The notes beneath the pieces were generated by a model, which saw only the letters and a list, made by a program, of their open reading frames with translations, was not told the origin of the DNA and made no database searches. The translations under genes were made by a program, and so were the position numbers. Below are positions 1 through 11,623 of a DNA stretch of 64,000 nt, in pieces. The first letter of the stretch is position 1, and each line of letters begins with the position of its first letter. The DNA comes from Tricharina praecox (taxonomy: Eukaryota): NCBI RefSeq assembly GCF_024521635.1, contig NW_026250414.1, forward strand, positions 1-64,000, given 5' to 3'.

Positions 1-1135
1 CCAAGTCCGTCTGGCAGTGAGATTGACACTGCAGCTGCAGCCTTGGTAGTATTTTCTTCTCCGCTCACGTACAATGTGAACATGATTTGGTCGAATGTCT
101 TCATCTTCCTTGGTATTTTGAATTGTCTCTGGAGTCTGGTATTGTCTCTCCTCCTTGCTTTCATGTTTCCATTCTCTCTAGAGTCTTGACTCTAGTATTA
201 TCTCTCCTCCTTGCTTTCACGTTCCTACATGTGAAATGGACCTATCTTGCCGGGCCGTTAGTCTTTGTAAAGTCTCCTAATATCACGCACGCTCCGCCTT
301 AAAATCGTACCTTTCGTGTTTTGCCCCACGTCTTCCATCCGTAAGGTCACCGAACTTCCCCACGCCCAAGAACAATCAGAACACACATCCTGATAGCACG
401 TGGACGAGGCGTAATTGATGATGACAGACAGATACCGGTACAAGTATCTTGATAGCTGTTGAAAGTGGTTTTGCGAGCGGTTCATGGGCCAACACGGACC
501 TGGGGATCTAAGAAGAAAGTACAAACAGAGAAAAAGAGAAGGATTGAGGGTTAATCGGATATCTGGATGATGGTGATGATGAAAAGAATAGAAAAAAGAA
601 AAAGAAGAAGAAGATGAAGAAATAGAAGAAGCCGACGGCTAAGAAAGCACACGGCACCGCTGGACCCCTCACCGCTGGTGCTGCTCCTTTCCGCCGAAAT
701 CTATGATCTATCTACTTCCGCCGACATCTATCTCTTTCCGCCGGCATCTCTCCCATCGCTCTGTCACAGTGGGTCTTGAAGTAGATATGTGTACTGGTGG
801 ATTGAAGGATACTAGAGCACTTGTTGTTTGCCACTCGGGTAAAAAGATGGGTTGTGAAGGGTTGAAGGACTTGGATACGGTGATGTCGCTTCTACAGGAT
901 TCGGCGGGGTTCTGATCGGCCAGCCACATGATGATAGTTTGACCCGCGGGTTTCCGTGGGATTCCGATTTGCTAGTTGCTACTGTAGTCACATGTTTCGA
1001 CCCCGAAATTTCAGAAACTGACAGTCGAAAGCATGTATCGTGCTGATAAAGGTAGCGGTGGGGATAGTACGGCAGTAGTGGGGTCGTTGGGATGTCGAGG
1101 ATATATGGCACGCGAAATGGTACAGGAAGGGCCCC

Positions 1136-1629
1136 TGAGGAGCGATTGAGAGTAGGACACACATCACTTGGCGATTTGACGTCTCATCGACCATGATCGA
1201 TGTGGGGCTTCAAAATTACCACGTTCTCTAGAACACCCATAAATACCAGAGCGCTGGCTCCCGATCTCTATCTTCTTTCTACATCGATCTCTCGAAGAAC
1301 TCAACTTCATCGCAACTACACAATTCAAAAACTGTAAATCCTCTCGCCCCCCCGTCCCCCTCCGCTCTCCACAACACATACACGACCCCGCACAGCAACC
1401 ATCCTCGCATATACTTCATCTACAATTATTGTTTGCAAACCGCGCTCACAGTCAAATAGATGGTAGCACCATCTACTCCTTCTGCCCACGGGCACCTCCT
1501 CCGCGACCGCGCAACCATCAGAGCGCCGGTCAAGGTAAGCCAATTCCTCTTCCCTCACCACCAATCAATGCATCATCCACTCACCCGATCTACACACAGC
1601 TTTCCCCGAGCTTCGTCACGAGGAAGAAG
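1136..1629 (+). pseudogene. 5' half of a small basic-protein gene (family copy), truncated by a LINE fragment
   Basis: Colinear with 33097-33605. ATG at 1460, exon MVAPSTPSAHGHLLRDRATIRAPVK, GTAAGC..CAG intron 1535-1599, exon LSPSFVTRKK, then LINE sequence from about 1630. Confidence 0.6.
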
Positions 1630-2221
1630 GGCACACCCTCACGGCGACGTACCTGAAGTGAACAAGAAGCGGGATGACGGCCATTGCAGGTGGTACAACA
1701 GGCCTATCAAGCAGTCCCTCAAGCACCTACCTATTCAAAAACTGCTCACGGAGTTACGGTGGAGAAGGCAACAGAAACCCTTGTGGGCAAAGGTCGGGAA
1801 GGACTCGACGGAGAGAAGGAAAGAGAGGTGGTCGATAACTAGCGGAGTTGTTCGCCGACTCGCCGACTGGCTGTGCAGCGAGGCAATCCTAGAGTTTCTA
1901 GAAAAGCTCCACCAGACTTGGAGGAGGAGGATGGGGAGGATGCAAGTATCGCATCGGGGGCAGAGCAGGAGTGTCCAGCAGGGTACTGAATTTGCGGCCG
2001 GTGAGACGAAGTAGGAGATGAGGATGTGCGGTGATATTTTCTTGGTGCGATTTCATTTATTATTTGTTTGGCAGGCAGCGGGGCCACATCGTGCTAGCTG
2101 ATAACGGGGCCCCAACACCCGGCCGGCCAGAGTGGGCAGGAAAGGAGTGCGACGGTTCGCCATAGTCAAGATAGCCTGCATGCGAGAAAAAAAAACAGGA
2201 AGATCTCTCTCTCTCTCTCTC
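1630..2221 (+). mobile_element. 5'-truncated, degenerate non-LTR retrotransposon (Tad1-like LINE), subfamily A with (CT)n tail
   Basis: Translates to GHTLTATYLK..HCRW..WRRQQKPLWAKV..RRLADWLCSEAILEFL, a degenerate C-terminal Zn-knuckle region of fungal LINE Pol. Ends in AAAACAGGAAGA(TC)n, as do copies at 12.3, 45.4 and 47.4 kb. Confidence 0.75.
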
Positions 2222-2484
2222 GACAAGCGTCAAACAGACCCAGACCCCGGGGCATTGAAGCACAGAGGCCGAGGGGCCCTCCAGGCAACATTAAAAATAA
2301 AAAAATAAGTAAAAAGTCAACAACACCGCCCGAGCGAACAGGAACGATCAAAACAAAGCAAAAGTGTGCAGGCAAAACAAGCAAGGCTGAACAGAGTCGC
2401 AGACGGCCCACGGGTCCACACCTGTTCCTAATATCTTGGCATCAAGACAATCCAAAGTTCGCAGCCAAGGATCGAAAACCATCG

Positions 2485-2929
2485 AAAGGACAGCATCTTT
2501 TCAAAAATTTCCCTAAATGGAAAAGTCAGCAAAATAAACATTATGGTCAGAGACCCGAAAGAAGACAACAAGGGGCAAAGACCGCTTCCAAATGTGGATG
2601 AGGCGAGAGGAGGAGGAGGAGGCGAGAGGAGGAAGAGGATGCTGAGGTCGAGGAGCCGGGGTCACACCTGCTGTTCCTTTCCACACTTTCTTTCATGGCA
2701 TCTCCTGTTGAAGAGGCAGCGGACGATGAGCGAACTGTTCTTTCGTAGCTTTATTTCTTTGGCGAGCTCAAATATTGTCGGGACAGGCTGCGGCGAGGGC
2801 AGAGAATGCTTCATCGGCCGCACAATGTAAGTCGCGTTGGACAGTGGCTTGGAATCGGGGGTCGATGATACTGCCATGATCTACATAGGTCGCATGCAAT
2901 TAATGGGTAAACAAAAAAACAAAAAAAAA
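2485..2929 (+). mobile_element. LINE 3' fragment, subfamily B with A-rich tail
   Basis: QHLFKNFPKWKSQQ motif. 3' end GCCATGATCTACATAGGTCGCATGCAATTAATG plus A-rich tail, shared with 9.0, 46.15 and 53.15 kb. Confidence 0.7.
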
Positions 2930-4155
2930 CGCAAGTCTCACCTCTCAACGGCGATTCAGTTCCAAGCACCTCGTGCGGTTTGTCTTCCCTCCCCTCCCTT
3001 CCTTCTCTCTCGCTCCCTTCTCGCTCCTTCCTTCTCGCTCGCTCGCTTCCCTCTCCCTCGCTCGCTTCTCTCTCCCTCCCTTCTCGCTCCTTCCCTTCTC
3101 TCCGAGTCTCTCCCTCCGTTCTTTATAAGAAGAACCCTTTCCTCCCCCATCTTCTTCCTTCCCTTCTTCCTCCCCCATCTTCTTCCTTCCCTTCTTCCTC
3201 CCCCATCTTCTTCCCTCCCATCTTCCTCCTCCTTCTTCTTCCCCACCTTCTTCTTCCCCCTTCTTCTTCCCCCTTCTTCTTCTTCTTCTTCTTCTTCGGC
3301 GTCACCTTCCTCCGACACCATCAACTATACAATCCACTCACCGCTCATCGCTCCGCAAGTTAGAATCAATTCGAACCCCCCAACCACCATCCACCGAGCC
3401 ACAGAAATCATGGGTTTTACGATTAACCCCCTCCCCACCTCCACCCCAAACGAGATTCGCGAGGAGGAAATTACCGACGAAGAAGCCAGCCGATGGAAAT
3501 TGGGGAGGAGGGTAAGGACAATATGCACAAGGATGGGAAGGAAGATGTCGTCGAGGGTCGACTAGGAGGAGTTTTCAAGGCTGAGGGAGCTATGTTTCTT
3601 TTCTTTTTCTTTTTCGGTTTTATGGCGAATAGGGAAGATGGAGGAGGATAGAGATGGAGATGAGAAATGCGAGGATGGAGATGAGAAATCTCCGCATGAA
3701 CGAAGAACGAGGGTGCGGACGAGGAGTAGTAGTCTTAATGCTGAGGGGGCTATTTTCTTTTTGTTTTTCAGTTTAATCGCGAATATGTTTTTCTTTTCTT
3801 TTCCAGTTTTATGGCGAACATGTTTTTCTTTTCTTTTCCAGTCTGATCGCGAAAATATAACTGCATTTCCAATGAGGATGGAGATGAGAACTATGAGGGA
3901 CGCGGAGGAGGAGGAGTCTTAATGCTTCGCTCGCTATTTTTTGTTTTCATTTTCATTTGCCATTCAATTATATCACAAATAACTGCATCCAGACTCCCCA
4001 ATGATTTTGAATCACTTCGAGCTCATCGCGACGCATCCCGGTCCCAGTTACGTAGAGTACCAGATGCCTACAAGTAGTAGTAGTACGTACCATGTCATGT
4101 CGTTTCCCCGTTACTCGCGGATAAATCATCAGAAGCCGCAGAATCGGGTGTGGGG
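2930..4155 (+). repeat. Acidic-ORF module, copy 1 (degenerate)
   Basis: Homologous to 46187-47237 (+) and 52055-53120 (-): CT-rich tract, TATA-like TTTATAAG, ORF remnant MGFTINPLPTSTPNEIREEEITDEEA, T-rich 3' repeats, shared end near CGGGTGTG. Confidence 0.7.
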
Positions 4156-4159
4156 GAGG

Positions 4160-4675
4160 ATGATCATTACTGGTGGCGCAACAGGCCTACCAGACAATCC
4201 CGCGAGCACCTATTCAACACTGCTCACGGAGTTACGGTGGAGAAGGCAACAGAAAGCCTTGTGGGAAAAGGTCGGGGAGGAGACGGAGAGAAGAAGAGAG
4301 AGGTGGTCGATAACTAGCGGAGTTGTTCGCCGACTCGCTGACGAGCAGTGCAGCAATGCAATGCTGGAGTTTCTAGGAACAACGGACGTGGGGAGAAAAG
4401 CTCCACCAGACAGGCCTGGAGGAGGAGGAGGAGGAGGAGGAGGAGGAGGCAAGCATCACATCGGGGGCAAAGCAAGAGTGCCCAGTAGGGTGTTGCGTCT
4501 GCGGCCGGTGCGATGAAGTAGGAGATCCGGATTCCCAGTGATGATGTTTGGAGCGGAAGCGGAAGACGGGGGAGAGAGGCGAGGGGGCCGCAGGAGGAGC
4601 GGGCATGTAGGCCCATACCGGTTTTTACTGTCAATATACGTTTTGCTTGTGTCGGTCCGAGGCAAATGGGTAGGG
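4160..4675 (+). mobile_element. LINE subfamily A fragment
   Basis: LLTELRWRRQQKALWEKVGEET..LADEQCSNAMLEFLGTTDVGRKAPPD; closely similar to 1740-2020 and 47520-47850. Confidence 0.75.
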
Positions 4676-4839
4676 GAAAACATCATGGACGATCACTCAT
4701 CGTCCATTGTTTTGACTTGTCATGATTGGCTGGAATGGACTGGGTATCTTTGTCGATATCATACAACGGGCCAAACGGGCGTCACGACTCCCTTGGACTC
4801 GGGCTCTGGCTTGTAGGAGGGTTTGTCGGGGCACAGTAC

Positions 4840-5278
4840 CAGTGTTCTACATAGACCAGACCGGTCGGCCGACCGGACGGGTCGGTCGGGATATAACCCG
4901 ACCCGACCATGGCTTTGGCCGGTCGGGATATAACCCGACCGACTGGACCTGATTTTTTTCTGGTCGGGATATATCCCGACCGACCCGGCCTTGCTAGCCT
5001 CGGTCGGCCGATGTCGGGTTAACTGTTAATTCTACCAGCCGCAAATATTTTTGTTAGTTTCTGGCAGTCTCAGAGCATTTCCGACGTCAAATGTTATTTC
5101 TTAACCCGACTAAACCCGACCTATGTCTGGTCGGTCGGGATATATCCCGACCCGACTTGAAAATTTATGGTGGGGATAAAGCCGACCGACCAGACCAGCG
5201 GTTTTTTTTAGTCAGGATATATCCCGACCGACCCGACCATACCTAAATTTGGTCGGGACTGGTCTATGTAGAACACTG
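4840..5278. mobile_element. Non-autonomous hAT-type MITE, family 1
   Basis: Perfect 20-bp TIRs CAGTGTTCTACATAGACCAG (4840-4859 and 5259-5278). Flanking 8-mers CACAGTAC / CACATTAC match 7/8 as a TSD. About 6 internal palindromic GGTCGGGATATA(T/A)CCCGACC motifs. Confidence 0.9.
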
Positions 5279-5853
5279 CACATTACTGAGTAAAGGATAG
5301 CTAAGTGGGCTTGGGCTATCGTTACGTAATGGAGCCCGAGCTTCACTATACAGAAACTTGTTCTTGAATCCACTGAAAGTCTGGAAGGTCTCTGTTTTAA
5401 CTTTTCGCATGGTGACCGATCATCCATTCGTTGTCACGGCCGATGGTTCTGCCAGCCGGTTCCTCCTCGTCTTCCTCCGCTTCCGCTTCTTCTTCCCGTT
5501 GCTTCTCCTGCTGCTGCTGCTGCTGCTGCTGCTTCTTCTCTTAGGGCCTGTTCGGTTTCCAGCTGTATTTTCAAATTCGTGGTTTTGACCACTTGAATGT
5601 TACCAAAGCTGCAACTCCAAACTCTCAACTCCCCTGATGACCTGTTTGTCAAGCCAGATATTCAACGGCACGCCACGGCTTTTATGTGTATTGTGGCTCG
5701 CGGCTTAGTTGACATTATGTAGTTTCTCAAATTATTCACTTAGGGTGGTGTGCCGAACGGTCACCCAGCGCCTGGACACTGAGGGTTTCAAACTGTATCT
5801 CAATTTTGTGTGGTATATATTTTTCAAAAAGCAGCTAACAACCGAGAAGGCCC

Positions 5854-6641
5854 TTATTCCTCCTCCTCCACCTCCTGCATCTTCTCCTCGTCTTCTTCTT
5901 TCTGCTCCTCGTCTTCTTCGTTCTGATTCACGTCTTCTTCGTTCTGGTCCTCGTCTTCTTCGTTATCCTTCTCGTCTTCTTCGTTCTGGTCCTGCTCTTG
6001 ATCCTGCTGTTCTTCCATCTCCTCGTCGTCTACTTCATTCTGCTCCTCATGGGTTTCTTCCATCTCCTCCTGCTCTTGATTCTGCTCTTAATCCTGCTCT
6101 TGATCCTACTCTTGATCCTGCTCCTGATCATCTTCATCCTTCTCCTGCTCATCGTCTTCCATTTCCTCGTCTTCTTCTTCCTTCCCGTCCTCCTGCTACT
6201 GCGCTTCCCCCCTGACCGCCTCCCAATCCATCTCCTCGAAGTCCAGCTCCACCGGCCACTGGGCGTCGACCCCAGCGGGCACGGTGGCGACCATGGACAC
6301 CACGCCGCTTGGGGCACGCTTCTTGCCTCCAGGCTGAAGGTAGAAACGCGGACCCTGCACGAGCGTGGTGTGAACGTCAAACTCCATGTCCGCGAGCCGC
6401 GCCATGGCGCTGGGCTTCAGTACATAGACGTACTTCTTGGAGGTGGACTTGGAGAGGCCGCTGGCGGCTTTGGGGATCTGCAAGAGCTGTGTTAGATGCA
6501 GTGCAGTGCGATAGGAGTGCGGGTCGTGCTTACCTTGGGTGCCTTGCGGCCAGGCTTGACGGCAGAAGCAGCGGGCTTCGTGGCGCGCTTGCGAAGGTCG
6601 TATCTTTTCGGAGACATCTCTGGTAGATATCGTGTTGGCAT
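5854..6641 (-). pseudogene. Gene with basic N-terminus and long D/E/Q-rich tail, interrupted by three in-frame stops
   Basis: Exon MSPKRYDLRKRATKPAASAVKPGRKAPK, GTAAGC..CTAACACAG intron (about 6533-6487), then one frame to 5854 with TAG 6196, TAG 6106 and TAA 6088; the last two lie at Gln positions of a QDQE repeat. Confidence 0.55.
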
Positions 6642-7199
6642 TCATTCTTGCGACTGAGTTTGTGTGATATGACGGACCTACTTACTGAAAGTTTGGTTTT
6701 CGAATGGCGTTGGGGTTGGTTCAGAGAGTTGTGTCAACTTGCGATGTGTGATGAAGAGAAGAAGAGAAGAAGAAGAGAGGTGGGTGGGCGTGGGGTTTTG
6801 TAGGTGTGGTGGTGAAGCTTCAACACCTGAGGCTGGCGAGACACAATCGCAGATGGTGAGGGTAGGTCTAGTAGTAGCCTCGCGGGGCTATTGAACCTCA
6901 CCGACCGGCGATACCGCTTGCGCCGTCCGGATCTCTGATCAGATCTCACGCTTTGGCCGCATGCCCGCACGCTTGCTTCGCCGCTCATCATACGTGTTCA
7001 CTGCCCTGGCATGTTCGTTCCCTTAGTTCTGAAGTTCTCTTGATTATAACCCTTTCCCTCAGCATGCACAGCAATGCCGGAAAGATACATGTACTACCTA
7101 CTTGAAGTACAATCAAAACAGTAAAAACAAATCATATAAAACACTAGACCAGGATAGTCACCAACTTCTCCCAGAAGAAGCCACAGTCGCTAGATGACC

Positions 7200-9036
7200 A
7201 CAGAAGCATCCGGCTCCGTCTCCTACCACGACACACTGCTGAGCAAACCGCCTATCAAAGCCGAAATTCCTCAGGCACACAAAGATGTCCCGTCCCTGGA
7301 ACCGAGAAGGCGGACGGGACGAATGGGCCAAACTGGCAGCCCACAACCCTATGTACCACTCGCGGAGTGGAAGGGACCCGGCGACCCGCTACCTACATGC
7401 ACCAGTATGGCACCAGACCTCTGCCACTCCCATCGCTTGCCTATCCGAAGCGTGCCATCTCGGAAGCCAAGTGGAAGGTTCAAGGAAGTGAAGGCAAGGC
7501 CGGACAGCAAAGTCACTCACAAGCAGTATATCTGCACAGCCGGAAATCTGGCCAGAGCAGGCCTGGGAATAGTCTGTCCGGACGGAAGACTATTGGGGCC
7601 CGGCGGTGTCGTCCCGTCTGGGGCGAGGATCTGGCCGGACGAGTCGGGCTGCGTCCCAGGTCCAAAAAGCCCGGGCCCGGAAGTTTTTAGTGCGGAAGCG
7701 GCTGGCCACTAAGAAAAGTTTGGCCGGTGAACGTTTTGCATCCGATCGGATACGGGATTGAACAGCGAGCAACGGACATGCACATAGTGTAATATTTGCC
7801 AGCAGAGGCGTCTCCTTAGCCGTCTACTCCTCGCCGTGCTGCCAACTCCTTGGCGTCATTCGGAATTCCTGCCTGCTGCGCCACTGCGCCACTGTCCAAG
7901 GCTAGTACTAGCGCCACAATTTCCAGGCCCGAATGGGGCCCCAGTCGTCCTCCCGCTTGCCCGGAGCCCTGTAGTCCTTGAGATTCCGGGCCCGACAAAT
8001 TCCGTCTCGTCCGGGGCATAGCCTCGGACGTACGGGACGGACGATTTCCAGGCCTGGGCCAGAGACCTGACGCGACCCAATTTCCAACTCCCGAGATGGC
8101 CCCAAGTTCCAAAGGTCTCAAGCGGCTGGCCTTAAAGATCAACATTCTACCAACTGAAGACAGGACACAGTCTCACCGGCCAGTATCTCCAATGCACGCA
8201 GAAACGCCCCCAATGCCCGAGGCTATGGCTGGTGCCGGTACCGGTACAAAACTCAGACCCGGGAATTTGAATACCTCTTCGAAGCAAACACTGCCCTGAA
8301 TGGAAAAGTCAGCAAGCTGCAAAAGACACTGGTTATGGGCATTGGGCAGAAGTTAATAAGCAGACAAGGAGGGGCAAACTTCCAAGAACGCTTCAAAGAC
8401 CGCTTCAAAACCCGGGCCCTCTTTGAAGTTTGCAGACGAGCGGTGCAGACGAGCGGTGCTGCGAAGCCATCCTCAACTCGAATTCATTTCCTCCACTGCA
8501 GTATGCTGTGGGAAGGCGGATCCCACAGACTTATGGGGAAGGTGCAGCAAGTGAGCCTTGAGGTGTCGGAGTGCGAGCTGAGGGAGCGGGAAGAGAGTGC
8601 GGAGAGAGCGGAGCTGAGGCGACTCGTGTAGGGAGAGGGGGATGGGGAGGACGGTGCTGAATTTGAGGAGTCGGGCGATGTAGAATAGCGGACCGGGACG
8701 TGTGGCGGAGGTGGGAAGACTCGAGGGCTTGGAGGGCGCGAGGGGTCGCGGGTGCGGGTGCGGGGCGAACAGTGGAGATGGACGTGGCGAGTAGGAACAA
8801 TTGTTGCCTGTTCCTGTTCGTGGCTCTGACTCTGCTTTGTGAGCTCATTTACGTTCTGGAAAGGCCAGGGCGGAGAGGGCAGGGAAAGACACATCGATGA
8901 TCTGGTCGCGCAATGAAAGCTGGGCAAGACAGTAACGGGGAAAGGGGGGAGGGGGGGTAAACGGGATGAAGAGGTGATATTGCCATGATCTAGATAGGTC
9001 CTATGCAATTACTGATGAAACAAAAAACAAACAAAG
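7200..9036 (+). mobile_element. LINE subfamily B fragment (RNase H C-terminus, Zn-knuckle, 3' tail) interrupted by a MITE
   Basis: AHKDVP..EKAD..EWAKLAA (RNase H end), PLPLPSLAYPKRAISEAKW, FYQLKTGHSLTGQYLQ..CPEWKSQQ, A-rich tail at about 9015-9036. Confidence 0.75.
7558..8056. mobile_element. Non-autonomous hAT-type MITE, family 2
   Basis: 22-bp TIRs CAGGCCTGG(G/A)AAT(A/C)GTC(T/C)GTCC with 19/22 match. Perfect 8-bp TSD GGCCAGAG at 7550-7557 and 8057-8064. LINE homology resumes on both sides. Confidence 0.88.
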
Positions 9037-9601
9037 CGGATAGTGCGTGAGGCAGTGCATGAGACGATGATGTTGCTGTCGGTGATGAGTACTGTGCCAG
9101 GGACGGTAACGGTGACGGGTACATACGATGTGTGAAACCGGTGAACAAGAGAAGGTGGTGATCGGTGAGAGCGGATACGATGGCGTGAGGGGATGGTGGT
9201 CATCGCGGGTTCCTATGTAGATGGTCGTCGAAGAGGCGAAGAGTAGAGTACAACTTTGGTAGAGCCGCTGATTGTCGACGATCTTGAAATTGCTTGCGCG
9301 ATGAGGTGATGTCTAGCTTTGAGCGAGGTGGCTTCACGTGGATACGGTTAAACACCGGCTGTCACTCGGCCTCTAGCCCTTGGCTTGGAAACAACGCCGC
9401 CTCGAGCAGCTGATGACCTTAAGCGATAAACACCGCTTCACCTCTCCTTCAGCCTCTCCTCTTCCTCTCTTCACATCATCTCTCTTCCCATGCACCACAA
9501 CCTCCCAACTCCTGCTTCCACCACCACACATCTTCTGAAACCACCACACATCTTTCTCACCACTGCACGCTTCAGTTACTGGTAGCTAGCCACGACGAAC
9601 G

Positions 9602-11623
9602 ATGGATAAAGCACGCAGCATGGAGATGAGTAAATGCGGTGCAGACAGCGGAAACACCAGCGAGAAACAACCGAAAGCTGCTACGCGTTCCCCACTCGCG
9701 TCAGTAACTAACAACGTCGTCCCACTGAAGACCAAGCCCACTGCCATTCCCTTGCCGAGATATGGTATGGGATCTGGGTCGGGATCTGACACCCTTCGGT
9801 TGAAGAAACGGAGACGCGGTACCGTCGACGCGAAGAACATAGTAGACACAAACTTGAACACTCCATCTCCTGAAGGACCGAGTAGTCGTAGGGTGCGATT
9901 GACGAACGATGCCCCAGACATTCCTGCCCCAGCCACCGAGAAGCAGTTCAGGGATTCGAACCAGACCAAGGAGTCCAAGGAGTCCAATGAATCGAAGGAG
10001 GCGAGGGACTCCAAGGAGTCGAATGATTTGAACGAGAAGAAGGAGTCCAACGAGACGGAGGATTCGACCGAGAAGAAGGAGTCCAACGAGAAGACGTCGA
10101 CCGAGACGACGGACCTAAAGGAGCTCAAGGAGAGGATATCACGGCTATCGGGGAAGCTCATGGCACGCGGGCGCAGCCCTAGCACGGGTGCACAGGGTTT
10201 CAACATGCCGATTGAAACACAGAGGCGGCGCTGGTCCGGGGGGATGGTGGGACCCGAACGGAACCGTGACATAGACAGTTTTAAGACGAGTCTCGGTGCA
10301 TTCAGGGAGAGGCTCGATGACAGGTTTGATAAGAAGGGATGGCGGAAATCCGAGAAGGTGAATGATGCCCCACTTGGTAGTCCATCCACAGCCACTGATC
10401 TGAATATCGCTACAAAGTCGAAGGAGACGGAGAAGAGCGAGCCGGAGGAAGTGAAGGCCGGGAGGGAGTCGATAGCACGGTTATCCGAGAAGCTTCTGGT
10501 ACGTGAACGCAACCCTGGCACGGATGTATTTCAGCTGACATTCGATAAGAATATTGAAACTCAGAGACGGCGCCGCTCGGAGGATCTGGTGGTAGTTGCA
10601 CGCAGGCATAGCATGGATTCATATAAGACGGGACTCAATGATTTCAGGGCCAGACTCAACGAGAAGGTTGAGCAGCAGAAGAAGCGAACCGAGGAGCTGT
10701 TGCGAGCTCAACGTAGGCGGAGCTTAGACTCCTATAAGACGAGACTCAATGTTTTTCGGAAGAGACTGAATTCGAAGGTTGAGGGTATGAGGCGGCAGCG
10801 ATTCGAGAGGAGGAAGGATGTTGCAACGAAGAACGCCGAGGGAAAATCGGAATGGCTGATAACGAAGGACAGGGAAGGAAGATTGGGCCTAGAGAGGAAG
10901 ACGGTGTTGTCTTCCAGCACGAGACAGAGCTTGAGCTCGCAGGCCACATTCGTGGATGCAGCGGAGACCGAAACCGTCGACGACTGCAGAAGAGGAAAGA
11001 GAGTTACACCTTCACCGCCAGCGCTAGCAACCAATCCAGTCCTCGCATTGAGAGCAACGCCCGCTATCCTCCCACCGAGATTTGGCTTGGGGTCCGCCGA
11101 CTTCAGTCTGTCGAGGAAACGCCGACGGAGCAGCTCCGACTCCACAGGCTCTCTAGTGGAGCCGGATAATCGACGAGTACGATTTCCGAACGATGACGAC
11201 GCACCCGCACCCGCTCGGCGTCCGAAGCCCTCACCCTCGTACACGCGGATGCTGACCTCGCGCACCTACGTCCCGCCGCCCGCGCACACCCAGCCAGCGA
11301 AAGGTCGCCTCCGGGCCCCGGCGGTTTTCGACTCTGCGCCGGACACCCGCACCTCTCCGAACCGGTTTCAGCGTTCGGATGCGAAATCCCCGCTTCTTAC
11401 CCTCACGAGGGAGGACAGGCGCAGAATCAGCAAGCTGCAGGAGTTGAAGGCGGAGTTTGACTTGGCTAGGGCTATATCTAGGTCGATCGTCCATCAGGCG
11501 GAGGTGATTATGGAGGATTTCTCCCCTAGGTTGAGGGAGGAGGTCGAGAGCATGGGGGTCGGCCCGGATCCGACGCAGGGGCTGGGCTTCGACGAGGACG
11601 AAAATGATAACGAGGAGTATTAA
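9602..11623 (+). CDS. Hypothetical 673-aa basic, internally repeated protein
   Basis: Long single ORF with pyrimidine-rich leader, internal duplications, (ESKESNE)-like repeats and Arg/Lys clusters. No family recognised. Confidence 0.7.
   Translation: MDKARSMEMSKCGADSGNTSEKQPKAATRSPLASVTNNVVPLKTKPTAIPLPRYGMGSGSGSDTLRLKKRRRGTVDAKNIVDTNLNTPSPEGPSSRRVRLTNDAPDIPAPATEKQFRDSNQTKESKESNESKEARDSKESNDLNEKKESNETEDSTEKKESNEKTSTETTDLKELKERISRLSGKLMARGRSPSTGAQGFNMPIETQRRRWSGGMVGPERNRDIDSFKTSLGAFRERLDDRFDKKGWRKSEKVNDAPLGSPSTATDLNIATKSKETEKSEPEEVKAGRESIARLSEKLLVRERNPGTDVFQLTFDKNIETQRRRRSEDLVVVARRHSMDSYKTGLNDFRARLNEKVEQQKKRTEELLRAQRRRSLDSYKTRLNVFRKRLNSKVEGMRRQRFERRKDVATKNAEGKSEWLITKDREGRLGLERKTVLSSSTRQSLSSQATFVDAAETETVDDCRRGKRVTPSPPALATNPVLALRATPAILPPRFGLGSADFSLSRKRRRSSSDSTGSLVEPDNRRVRFPNDDDAPAPARRPKPSPSYTRMLTSRTYVPPPAHTQPAKGRLRAPAVFDSAPDTRTSPNRFQRSDAKSPLLTLTREDRRRISKLQELKAEFDLARAISRSIVHQAEVIMEDFSPRLREEVESMGVGPDPTQGLGFDEDENDNEEY

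Noticed and set aside
2837-3565. 242-aa Ser/Pro/Leu/Phe-rich ORF and its antisense Glu/Gly/Arg ORFs
   Set aside because: Artefact of a CT-rich low-complexity tract.
4840-5278. CRISPR-like array of palindromic repeats
   Set aside because: Eukaryotic context, irregular spacing, no cas genes; fully explained as a TIR/TSD-bounded MITE.
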